Source: Marsupella aquatica (lineage: Eukaryota > Plantae > Marchantiophyta). From it: a stretch of DNA of 64,000 nt. The stretch lies in the NCBI GenBank assembly GCA_973895155.1, contig OZ316899.1, positions 11,781,775-11,845,774 on the forward strand, read 5' to 3'. Below the pieces are notes generated by a model, which ran no database searches, had not been told where the DNA came from, and saw only the letters and a list, made by a program, of their open reading frames with translations. Below are positions 38,191 to 49,155 of the stretch, in pieces. Numbering within the stretch: the stretch's first letter is position 1; every line of letters begins with the position of its first letter. A program made the position numbers and the translations under genes.

Positions 38191-39454
38191 AGCAGGTCAG
38201 GGAGGCCGTAGTCGGATCTGAGGCCGTAGCCAAAGCTGAGGCCGAAGCCGAGGGTGGACCCGGTCAGGCCGCGGGAGAGTTGACTGGGTCTGGGGCAGGT
38301 AATCTGTGAGAGGACGGACCTACGGCAGTGGTTGCGGAGGAAGCATTGGGGCATCCATTGAGGATCAGCCACCGCTACCATGATGGTGGTGGAGGGCCGC
38401 TCCTTTTAAGGAGGGCGGACGTGGAGGGAGGAGGCATGAGTGGGCAAGGCGGGCGCAAATCTCTAAGTTTAGAAATTAGGATCAGGACCAAGAGGCGGCC
38501 CTAACACTTAGACTAGTGGGATTGCGGATCCACTGGTAAGAGCAACACTTGTGCTCCTGCCTCGTTGTACATAGATAGATTACAATTAGGATAGATTAGG
38601 CTTACACTGCAAGGAATTAGGCGGATCCACTATCAGGATAAGTACCTGGGCAACGGGGAGTTCAGGGCCTTCTTCTTTAGCACGTTTTTAGTGCACCAAC
38701 AGGGCTGGGATCAAGTAGTAAAAGAAGCTCTAGGTTAGTTATATAGAGACCCTTGTGTATATTCATGTTTCCTCATGCCTAAGAGCTGAATAGAGTTGGC
38801 CTCACGGCTTAGTTTGCAGATCTTGTGTATGAGAAGTACTATTTGTATGGCAAATGCATGGTATAACTCAGTCAGAAGGAGTCATTTTGCTATTTGTGTG
38901 TCGCATTAACTTGTTTGAAGATTGCCCACATCACCAAGAGAGAAGGGAAGTAAGCCAGGTAGTAAGAGTTGGATGTGTCAAGCTGAGATAGGTCTTAGCG
39001 GCTAACCCAAGCCAATCGGGGATCATTCCGGCGGCGAAATCCAAACATACCTAAAGGAAGACCAGGAGAGGAAGAGAAGGGAAGGCATAAAATAGGCCGT
39101 CTACTTGTCTCATGACCCGATGAAGGATCTATCCAGTATATGTGTGTAAAATGTTAGTAGAAGAGAGTTAGCAGCGTCCCATGCCACTAGTAGAAATACC
39201 CCCTATTTTTGACCAAACCACTATTGACTAATGTGACAAGGTTATGGAAGTTTAGGGTGTTATCACTACATATGTCTTAAGTATCACTTCTACAAACTAT
39301 GCACTCATTTGGTGCGACTCCTTAGCAATGTTGACTTTACCTACTCTTTTGAATCACTCATTGTTCAAGGGTACATTGAAGGTTCATTGTTCATGGTTGC
39401 CAAACATTCAAGCTGGTTATGTGAGAAAGTCTCAAATAGTAGAGGTACCCCATT

Positions 39455-39690
39455 ACATGAGCCCCTTATATGTCACTAACTCCGGAACATGAGCCCCTTG
39501 CATGTCACTAGCTCCTTACATGAGCCCTTGACATCTCACTAGCTCCTTTATACGAGCCCCTTACATGTCACTGGCTCCTTTACATGAGCCCTTGACATGT
39601 CACTAGCTCCTTTATATGAGCCCCTTACATATCACTAGCTCCTTTACATGAGCCCCTTATATGTCACTGGCTCCCTTACATGTCACTGGC
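39455..39690. repeat. ~32-bp tandem repeat, about 7 copies, in the CACTA copy 2 5' region
   Basis: Unit acatgagccccttacatgtcactagctccttt with variants. Confidence 0.9.
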
Positions 39691-40813
39691 TGAGTACATT
39701 AATTAGTACTCTCCACCCTTGTGCACAGGAGCGAATGTTCAAGGTCTTTGTCCACGAAGAGGGTTTAGGGAGAGGGGAGGAGGAGCGAGTGAGTGAGCGC
39801 AGCTGAGTGTCAATTGATCAAGGCGGGAACGAAGGTCCCTGCAGAAACGGTGGGATTTGGTGTGCAGTGTGTCGAGATTTCTTCCCGCTACCACTCTAGA
39901 GCCTTTAGGAAGGAGGAAGAGTTTACGACCACAGTTTTGAAGGCGCGACGTCAGTGATTTCCAGTCGGCTGCTAAGTGCATTTGCGAGTGCTTCCCGAAG
40001 GCATTGCGGGGGCATTGCAGTCAGTTATTTTAGGGTCAGAGCATAAGTTTGTGGTGCGGGGGTCCGTCTTCTGCCATCTGCTTTGTAAGTACTTACCTCT
40101 TTGCCTTGCGGAACATTGGAATGGAGCTTTGCATGTCTACTATCACAATGCTTGCTTGCGGTTTAGACAATGCACAAATGCGCCGTAGACTTACTCTTTG
40201 CCTTGCGTGAAGCCTTGCGTAGCATTGGAGTTGAGTTCTATCACATTGCACTCGGCTGTTGAATCCACCTCAATCCGTGAAGCTAAGGTGCGGCAGTCTT
40301 TGTGAATCGGCTGGGGTACAGCGCGACTTAGCACGAGGAGCGGGTTGTCACTTTGTTGACTTTGGCAAAGCTCATGTTAAGCTGTGGTCATCCTAGTCTC
40401 CAACACCTCTACAAACTTGAGCTGCGGTGCCGGTCATCTCCGTCTCTCGTAGGGTCTGACTGCTGCTATTGCCTTGCTTTCTTTCTCTTTGATATGCTAT
40501 GGTAGGGCTAAGTTCTACTGGGTTCCCTGAGTTCTACAGGGTTTCCTCTCTTGCTCAATTCTCTTCTCGCTCTCTCTCGCCCTCTCTCTCGGTCTCGCTC
40601 TTCCATCGTCTCCGCTCTCCATTGTCCTCTCTCCTGCAGATTTCTCTCTCTTGTGATCCTCAAGTACGAAGAAAATCTCTCCCTCTCTTATACACGCCCA
40701 TCACTATAGCAATCTCAGGTCGGGGCCGGGGTCAAACTTGGATTTCACTATGGAAATGTAGATCACAGTATATTGTTGGCACTTTCATTCTGCTTTGGCT
40801 GTGAAGCTTGAAT

Positions 40814-42790
40814 CACTAGTACATATTTAGCTGATTTCCGATGCTGAATTTTTGCAAACAATTGGCGTCCGATTCTTTTAGAATCGGAAATTCCCATTAT
40901 CACAAAATGGCAATATGCCATACTCTTGGCTTTGGATATCTTCATTTCCAATGTAATTAACAACGAAACCTTTCCGATGCGGTAAAAAACGGATCATATC
41001 CGTTACAAAATACATCAGATCCCCTAACAAAAAATTTGATTGATATGTCCGATTTTTTTGTAACGGAAATGATGTGTGTTTCAATATTGATCGGAAAAGT
41101 TCCGTAGTTGATAAGAACGGATATTTTATCCGATTGTGGTAAAATGGCAAAGTCCGATGTTGAGAGAATGGGAAAGTCCGATGCTGAGAGAATGGGAAAG
41201 TCCGATGCTAGGAGAATGGGAAAGTCCGATGCTAGTAGAATGGGAAAGTCCGATGCTGGGAGAATGGGAAATTTTCATTTTGGCAAAACGACAAATTTCT
41301 ATTGTGTTAGATGGGGCATGTAGTTGCACCGACATACTCTTCCTAGAAAAGAGGATACAATCATTCTTGCATGTTTGAATGACTTCATACTTGAGGCAAA
41401 TGGACTTAATTGAATGTTGTTCTTGCCTCCTTTCAAGACCCCAAAATTTGTTCCCTTTTGGCAATATTTGCTCAACATGCAAAATCAAAATTTATCATCT
41501 AAAAGGAGATTGCTTGTCCCATGTAGTCTTTGTTGCAAGTCCAACAACAACATAGTTGATGAAAGATGAGACAATCGGGAGCTGCCCTTGACGCCAAGGC
41601 TTTGGAAGGACCAAAATATTAATCTTCCATAACTAATAAACTATAATGATCTCATGTCAAGTCGGATGGAGGAGGGCTTTACTATTCACGAATGACCCCA
41701 AATTTCTTTTGATTGCTCCAAGGGAATGTAAGAGGGTAATCGTAATTATAGATCACTCGATGCAAACATGCAATATCATGAAAGAGCAAAACTGGGATTT
41801 ATTAGTCTAATGCCACACTTTTGTGGCATAATCACTACATTGCCACTCTTTTTCTTGTATTTATCAGTCTGCCACTCGTTTGAGTCATCGGTTAAGAAAA
41901 GTAACTCAGGTTAACTACCTAAGATCCGACGTTTGAGATTTCTTTTGGTCTTCCCATTGGACGGTCGTCGCTTCTCTCACGGTTACATTTTGAACCCTCA
42001 GTATAGTTTGCGGAGGGGTGGGTTGGCTAATCCATTTCTCCTCCCCTTCATTTCTCTGTCACCATAGTCAAGGCGCACTGGCTGCGTCTTTGCTCCACCC
42101 TTGCCACTATCGTTGCATCCTCATTTCCCCGGCCCGGGCTGTGTTGTCGTTGACCTTGGCTGCCTCTAGCTTGGCTGGGGCTGCATCGTTGCATGTTGCC
42201 TGTCGGCCTCTCCCGACTCTGCCCAGCTTAGGTCCAAATTATGGGTCTTAATAAATTTAGAAGTGTATAAATTCCCTAAACACTCCAAGTCAAACAATAA
42301 AAGTGTTAAGCTTGCATGTACATTGTGAGGGATAAGAACCACAAAGTTAAGCTCATGTTGGAGGAATAGCAATTGGGATGGGTGACCACTTAGTTGAGGA
42401 ATGAAGAGTTGAAATGTCAAAGGAGATGGGCACCTCGCTCGTGGTTGCAAAATGAAAGTAAATATACAAAGGAAGAGATGGGTGACCTGAGCACCCCGGC
42501 CGCGTCCGCTGCAATGTGTATCCCATTTTCATTGTTTTGCTCTTTCCCATACTCCCAGCATCGGACTTTCCCATTCTCCCAACATCAGACTTTCCCATTC
42601 TCTTAGCATCGGACTTTCCCATTCTTTCAGCATCGGACTTTCCGATATAAGTCTGATTGTCGATATCCGATACTTTTATCATGGCATGTTACGATGCCGA
42701 CAGAATCGGATGTATGGTTTTTTCATATTTTGTTTTACAAAGACATCCGATGTGGAGAGAATCGGGAAAAGGAGGTAAAATGTACTAGTG
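40814..42790. mobile_element. Non-autonomous CACTA element (1977 bp), TIR CACTAGTACAT, TSD AAT
   Basis: aat|cactagtacat ... atgtactagtg|aat. tccgat/atcgga subterminal motifs, with ~21-bp arrays at 41147-41270 and inverted at 42550-42646. Confidence 0.93.
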
Positions 42791-43579
42791 AATTGCTCTA
42801 ATCTTATACACTAGTATTCTAGTGTGCGGAAGTGTTGTGCAGAACTAAGGTGGGATGCGGGGGGTTTTTCTTTGCCTTTGCTGAGCTACGATTTCAACTC
42901 AGCGGTCCTATATTCAATGTACAAGACATTAGTCAAATGTGATACTCAACACTGAGCTCCTCCACAGACAACTGATGAGCCACAGAACTGATGAGCCACA
43001 AAACTGATGAGCCACAAAACTGATGAGCCACACTTTGTCTGTGGCACATGCAGATCATTTTTCCACCCGTTCGAGAGCTTTCTCTTTTGCCAAGCTAGGC
43101 ACAAAGAAATCATTCCAGGGTTTCTCAACTCCTGAGGTCTATAATCACTCAGAGCCCTCTGCATTGTCATTGCTTTGTCTTCATTGGTGGTCTCAGGGTC
43201 GGGCGATTGTGCTGCCATTGCCAATATTTTAATTTGCTGCTCGCAAACTCGCATGTTTGCTTCAATACGGTACTCTACAACTAAGTTCTATTGGGTTCTC
43301 TGACTTGTGAATTCCTTTATTCAACTATGAAAATGCTAGCCCAACAATTGTCCACTTTTATTCTACACAATCTTTTAGGATTAGCAATCGAGTGTCCAAT
43401 CTTAGAGTCCTGGGTCTTATGGCACGTCTCTACCAGCTTTAGTTTGACTACTTCAACACTGAGCAGAATTTTCTCCTTGCTAAATTCTCTCCTTGCTCTC
43501 TCTCGGTCTGTGTGTCTCTCTCCACTTTGTCAGTACTCTGTTTTTTCGTCTTTGCTCACCATCATCTTATCTCCTACAG

Positions 43580-43853
43580 AATTCTCTCTCTTTCAATTCT
43601 CAAGTATGTACAGAAATCTCTCCCTCTCTTATGCATGCCCATCACTATAGCAATCTCAGGTCGGGGCCAGGGTCAAGCCAGGATTTCACTATGGAAGTGT
43701 AGACTAGATCATAGTATATTGTCGGCACTTTCATTCTGCCTCGGCTGTGGAGTTTCAATTGCTCTAATGTCATACACTAGTATTCTAGTGTGCGGAAGTG
43801 TTGTGCAGAACTAAGGTGGGGTGTCGGGGTTTTTTCTTTGCCTATGCTGAGCT
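43580..43853 (+). repeat. Diverged direct repeat of 40640-40813 + 42794-42887
   Basis: Shared gcccatcactatagcaatctcaggtcggggcc and atacactagtattctagtgtgcggaagtgttgtgcagaactaaggtggg. This copy lacks the 1977-bp insertion. Confidence 0.9.
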
Positions 43854-44461
43854 TTTGATGATACCCTTGCATGGATGATTTCCGACCCTCTTAATTCCCT
43901 TTGCTCAGTTTCTTCTTTATCTTCCAAGTTCAGAGGATCTCATGGCTGAGGAGACGGGACTGCTGGATCACATTTGGCAAGCATTAGACAAGACAAACCA
44001 ATTTATGGGATGTGGTGGATAGGATGTTAAGGCTGGGTTGGGTTGATAGGTAGGGGTTATTTGGGATATTTGATTGGATTTTATGTTTGGGGCGTCGATT
44101 GTATTCTACTGGCCTTCTTGCTGTGATGAGCAATGTCCTGCTATGGACTTTTGAATTCTTCTGCTGGCTCCCCTTGTTTTTGTGGCCCCCAAAATTTATA
44201 AAAATTAATGTGTGAAAATGCTAGCCCAACAATTGCCCACCTTTAATGGCAGAAATCGTTCAGTAATTGCCTGTGTCCAATCTCAGAGTCCTAAACTTAA
44301 AATTTCCTCCATGCACACAACCCGTCTTGAATTTACAACTTGAAATTATAGTTTCTCAAATCTTTGGTATTAATTCATAGTTTTAGTTTCTCATTCCTTG
44401 CATGCTTCACTACGTCACTGACTCTGGCCATATTGTGTTGTTTTCTATCGGGGTAGAAGTC

Positions 44462-45184
44462 ATGGCTTGTCCAAAACGGCCAGCACATAGAGGCGGATCA
44501 CAGGTGAGGCACGATTCCATGAGTAGACATCATCATTGGTCCAATGCACAAATTCATCAAAAAGCCGCTCATGTCTGTGTCATTTGTGACGATGGAGGTG
44601 ACCTGGTCATGTGTGATGGCCCCTGCCTGAGACAATTCCATGTCAATTCCTGGTCCACTTATGCACCACAAAATGCATGCCTTGGGGTTGGGCTCCGGGG
44701 GGACCATCGGGGTGCTTGGACTTGCTTTGATTGTGCCACTAATATCAGCAAGTGTGCTCAATGTGGCACAAACGACACTGTTGGGGGGGATCAACCAAAG
44801 CTGCAGAAATGTCCTGACAGGTTTTGTGTTCGTTTTTTTTGTTTGACATGCCTGCCCCATGGTAACTCTCTTTGCCCACTACATATTTGTCCTGCTTGTG
44901 GGGAGCCTGATGATGACTACTGGATAGACATGGTCCATTGTCCCAGATGTCCCACAGCCTGGCACCATGAGTGTTTACTAGCCCTTCAGGCAGAAGGGTA
45001 TGCATGTGACCGCCAAATTTATTCCCACTCTGCACACGGGGTTGATAGGTGGTTTTTGTATTGCCACCTCCATACAATTGACCCTCATTTGCAGACCCCT
45101 GCGAGAGACCACTTGACTTGGCTATTGCTGGATGACACCTCCAGCGCCAACAACAAAACAAGTGGATCAGCACCAACAGGCTGA
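44462..45184 (+). CDS. Intact stand-alone EDM2-like PHD-finger cassette protein
   Basis: CVICDDGGDLVMCDGPCLRQFH..WTCFDC..CAQC..CPDRFC..CPLHICPAC..HCPRCPTAWHHECL..LYCHLHTIDPHLQTPARDHLTW. The ATG was chosen by alignment with copy 1 (MARPK / MACPK). Confidence 0.88.
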   Translation: MACPKRPAHRGGSQVRHDSMSRHHHWSNAQIHQKAAHVCVICDDGGDLVMCDGPCLRQFHVNSWSTYAPQNACLGVGLRGDHRGAWTCFDCATNISKCAQCGTNDTVGGDQPKLQKCPDRFCVRFFCLTCLPHGNSLCPLHICPACGEPDDDYWIDMVHCPRCPTAWHHECLLALQAEGYACDRQIYSHSAHGVDRWFLYCHLHTIDPHLQTPARDHLTWLLLDDTSSANNKTSGSAPTG

Positions 45185-46417
45185 GCTAAATGAATCCAAC
45201 ATTGCACATCTCACATTTTGGACGTTTTAATGAAGTGGGCACCTCACTGCGCTGTCAACCATAGCTTAAAGACACCCCGCTACAGTGAGTTGTCGATCAA
45301 ATTTGTGACTGCATAGTAAATTTGAATCTTGCTTTTTCAGTTCAGCCATACATGGTTCTGTCCTGATACTTTTGTACACGATGATACCTCCAAAACTAAC
45401 TAAGTTAACTTATTTTTTGAAGACTGATTAAGTTAATTGAAATTTCAAAGTTAGGGTCTGCACAAGGATGTCTGTGTTTTTTCCACTTTGAGTGAATCAT
45501 GTGTATGGTAAGAGACCATAACTGTGAAAGACTAAAGATTCCAAGCAGACTGTTGCCTGGAGTAAAACAACATGCATGCATTGGAGTATGAAAATACATA
45601 TATAGCTCAAATTATGTATTTGTTTCTACTCTTAACAAAGGTCATCTTAAGTCGTGTGCCTGACCCATACATTTGTACAATTACAGATGTGACTGGAAAT
45701 TGGGCAGTTGAATGATATCATTCTCAGTCCCCACCACTGTCACGTAAGATACAGGTATTCGAATGTGAATTCAGGCTATATGCAGACAAGACAATATAAA
45801 GGGCCACATGTATGCTGTGTATACTGAAGTAGGCTGTCGCTCTACTTTCATCAATGTAATTACATGAACACATGGTGAAAATAATTTGACTGAAGAGTAT
45901 ATGGTTTGTCCTATAACTCCGTGCTGGAATTTACTGCATGTATTGACTTTTGATCCTGTCATGTGGGCCACAATCAGGGAGCTAGAGTGCACTTTGTGTC
46001 ATCAGAGAGCATTGGGCTGAAGCATTGAGGGACAGGCAACGCGGGCACTGGTAATTTTCTATTGGATTTTATTACAGGTGGCATCATGCCTTCCAAATGG
46101 AAGCGTGAACTTCTCCCCCTTCCAACTTCCCAGTGTGCTCCCATCTTCCAAGGGGTCAGAGTCTTTTCTGTCCCAGGTATTCAGAGTGCAAGATTGGATA
46201 TCCTTAGGAGAAAACTCATTGAGCGTCACGGTACAGAGACACAATCTCAACTACAGGACACTGAAGTCACCCATATTATTGCAGAAACATGGGAACATTG
46301 TCTGAAAATGGCATCTTGGTCGGTTTTCTATGACAAAGTCTTCTTGAGGCATGTCAAAATACTTTCAGCAGAATGGATGTCTAACTCCCTTAGAAAAGGG
46401 AGTGTCCAAGATCCTGA

Positions 46418-46629
46418 TACTTCATAGTTGGGTTGTACCTTCCTTAGGTGTAAAATGTGATGTTGTACCTGGTCGTTTGAATCAGACTTCCATTTTTATT
46501 AAACAAGAGGGTGTTTACTATGGTCAGTGCAGTGAACTTTGTGGAACTAATCATGCCTTTATGCCTATTGTCGTAGAGGTTGTTTCCTTGGATGATTATG
46601 TTTCTTGGGTATCCAATAAATTGGACTAG
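46418..46629 (+). pseudogene. cox2: NUMT: mitochondrial cox2 3' fragment
   Basis: [50 protein letters not shown], including the CuA ligands. Confidence 0.95.
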
Positions 46630-46719
46630 AAAGCAAACAAAATACCGTCTTCCATTTTGCTTTTCCGTGCGTTTGATCCCCGCCGACTTGCTTGACTGTT
46701 TCATCTCTCAAAACCTACG

Positions 46720-47104
46720 TGGCTTTGTGCGCTTGGGCTGTCATCCCCTTCGATTATGGTATGGTTTTTTCAGATCTAAATGTTGGGGTTTTGTATCTAT
46801 TTGCGATATCTTCACTCGGAGTGTATGGAATTATTACGGCAGGCTGGGCAAGTAACTCCAAGTATGCTTTTTTGGGAGCATTACGATCTGCCGCTCAAAT
46901 GGTTTCCTACGAAGTTTCCATAGGATTGCTTCTGATATCCGTCATACTATGCGCAGGTTCCTGCAACTTTAGCGAGATTGTTCTAGCGCAAACACGGATA
47001 TGGTTTGTTTTCCCTTGTTTCCTGTGTTTCTCATGTTTTTCATTTCTTGTTTAGCAGAAACAAATCGAGCTCCTTTCGATCTACCAGAGGCCGAGGCAGA
47101 ACTC
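46720..47104 (+). pseudogene. nad1: NUMT: mitochondrial nad1 internal fragment, one frameshift near 47013
   Basis: [57 protein letters not shown]. Confidence 0.95.
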
Positions 47105-48181
47105 GAATAAAGCGGGAGAGGAGAAAGAAGCTTCTTTGGAATTCACTTTTTTTTTGCAAAATGGTTAGTAATGTGCCGCATTTGTTTGAGAGCAAGTACA
47201 ATAGCGTCCAAATGATGAAAGACAGTCGAGATTGGCACAAGGCTCGTAGAATTGCAGGGAGAGGTGGGAGTAGGGTTCCGTCTATTGACCAGATCACAAA
47301 AGTATACAACAACATTATCCCATATGAGACAGAACCCATCCCAGACCGTACCATGTTCGGAGGTGTGAGGGCTGTAATACTTGACAAGTCTATCAACTAA
47401 GCCATATAGGGTCTGTCGTTTCAAGAGGGAGATCAGTAGAAGAGGTGGTACAGTGATTGAGAAGCTCACTAATGAGACCACCCATCTCATTGCTCCTTCA
47501 TATTCTAAGGCATGCCGAGAGTATGGAAAGTCCACAGTACAATGGCTCATCACACATGGGCTGCGTGTGGTCTGCCCTGAATGGGTCAGGTAGTCCCTTT
47601 CAACAAATATGCGATTAGATGAGCATAAATATGATTTAAATGAAATATGGCCAGCAAAGCCATTCATTCCCTATGACGACCCAAAATATGTTACTTATGA
47701 GTTCCAGACCACGGATGAAGAGTTTTCCGATAGTGCGTATGATTCTGTTAGCCCTAATGATTATGAATAAGTAAGGTCTCAACTGTCTGTATGCTAGACG
47801 GTTACATTTTTGAAATAAACTTTTGTGTGTTATTTTTGGTCTACAAGACATTACTCCTTTTCATCCTCCAAATGTCTTGGTTTTGCATGTGGAGATGTAT
47901 GGCAGTGTATGATGTACGTTGTACCATTGACTGGTCAACGACCAAGCACTTCACTGATTATTGCAAGTCTGTTATGATGTTGCTACCTGTAGTGAGCAGA
48001 TGATACGTGAGCAGGTCGGGCGCCAGCACAGACTGGACTCGATAGTGAGTGTCTTTAGCGTCTGTGATATTTCCTTCATGAAACTTGCATGTGTCCCTCC
48101 ATGTACTTAGAATATGCAATTGTATAAGCCTATCTAGTGCAAAGGGTACATAGCCAAGGGGTGCCTACGACAGCTGAAGGT

Positions 48182-49155
48182 ATGGATCAGGCAAATGAGG
48201 ATGGACAGTTGGGGCAAAGGAATCAGAGACATACCAATGAACTGCAACTCCCTTTGCATCACCCACTGAGGATTACACGTCATGACTCCAAGTTGTGGAA
48301 TAGAGAGGTGCTTAGAGCAAGCCGGGGCAAAAATGCCCGGATGAGATGCCCTTGCATGCAATGTTGAGGATACCACTCGATGACCCTGAACCAAGTGCAT
48401 TCTCATCTTCAAAGGCATGGAAGAAATCCAATCCGCAGGGTGTGGAATGTGCCAGAGGAAGAGGATTCATTGGATGATGAATGGAGAGCAAATTTTGAAA
48501 ATGTGAATACAGCAAGACGCTCTGCATTCTTTCATAACGTCACTGGTCATGCAGGTAACAAAGACGAAGATGAGTATGTTCCACAGGGAGGTCCCGAGAC
48601 TTCTAATGAGGACGGGGTAGATGTTCCTAGGATGGTTTCAGACATTTTTCAAGACCTGGATGCACTTTATGAAGATGCAGAGGCACAGGGGGACGAAGAA
48701 CCAGACATGCATGGTGCAGATCCATTGGACCAAGAAGAGTTTGACATTGGAGAAGAAGCTGAAGATGATGGTCAATTCTTGGGAACTGGGGCCTACTTGA
48801 GGAAGCTACGTCCCCATTGTATGGTGGTGCAAATTGCTCCAAACTAGGGTTCATAGTGATGTTCCTCAATATATGTGGATGTCATCGTGTGCGCAACATA
48901 TGTGTAATAGAGTTGTTGATGTTCCTACAGAGGACAGTACTACCCGCTGGAAACATTGCTCCTAAGAACATGTATGAGGCAAAGAAGGTGATGAGCAAAC
49001 TTGGTTTGAATTATGTGTCCATCCATGCCCAGATGGCCATGTACTTTTCACAAAAGAATATGCTGATTGCCTATCTTGCCCTATCTGCGGAAAGCACAGA
49101 TATAAGAACGTGGGGAAGTCAACTCAACCTGCTAAGGTCCTACGGCATTTCCCTC
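48182..49155 (+). pseudogene. TnpD transposase 5' part of CACTA copy 2 (continues at 61648-61743)
   Basis: HHPLRITRHDSKLWNRE..RMRCPCMQC..DEWRANFEN..PKNMYEAKKVMSKLGLNY..RHFP | LIPRLQRLYR..DGLQR, homologous to copy 1. Stop and frameshifts present. Confidence 0.9.

Larger units (their letters stand above)
46086..47770 (+). pseudogene. Tandem BRCT gene of CACTA copy 2, disrupted by a NUMT and stops
   Basis: BRCT1 IFQGVRVFSVPGIQSARLDILRRKL..VTHII..EWMSNSL; BRCT2 MFGGVRAV..RGGTVIEKLTNETTHLIAPSYSKACREYGK..EWVR*SL..YDL; acidic tail as in copy 1. Confidence 0.85.

Noticed and set aside
25145-39184. A single CACTA element bounded by the termini at 25144 and 39185
   Set aside because: The termini face away from this interval and the flanks differ (gcc vs tgc); they belong to two separate elements.
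39455-39690. CRISPR-like regular array
   Set aside because: Head-to-tail units without unique spacers, in a eukaryotic TE; no cas genes.
41108-41378. ORFs with MGKSDAER / WESPML repeats (also 42353-42682)
   Set aside because: Translations of the 21-bp subterminal repeat array.
41790-42260. Possible nested Mutator-like TIR (gggattt..tgccac)
   Set aside because: No partner TIR or TSD found.
42970-43033. Four 16-bp repeats containing CTGATGAG (hammerhead-core-like)
   Set aside because: No GAAA partner motif or supporting stems; a simple minisatellite.
46351-47400. Functional nuclear cox2/nad1 genes, or a mitochondrial contig
   Set aside because: Partial, frameshifted fragments embedded in a TE gene; the fused ORFs are junction artefacts.
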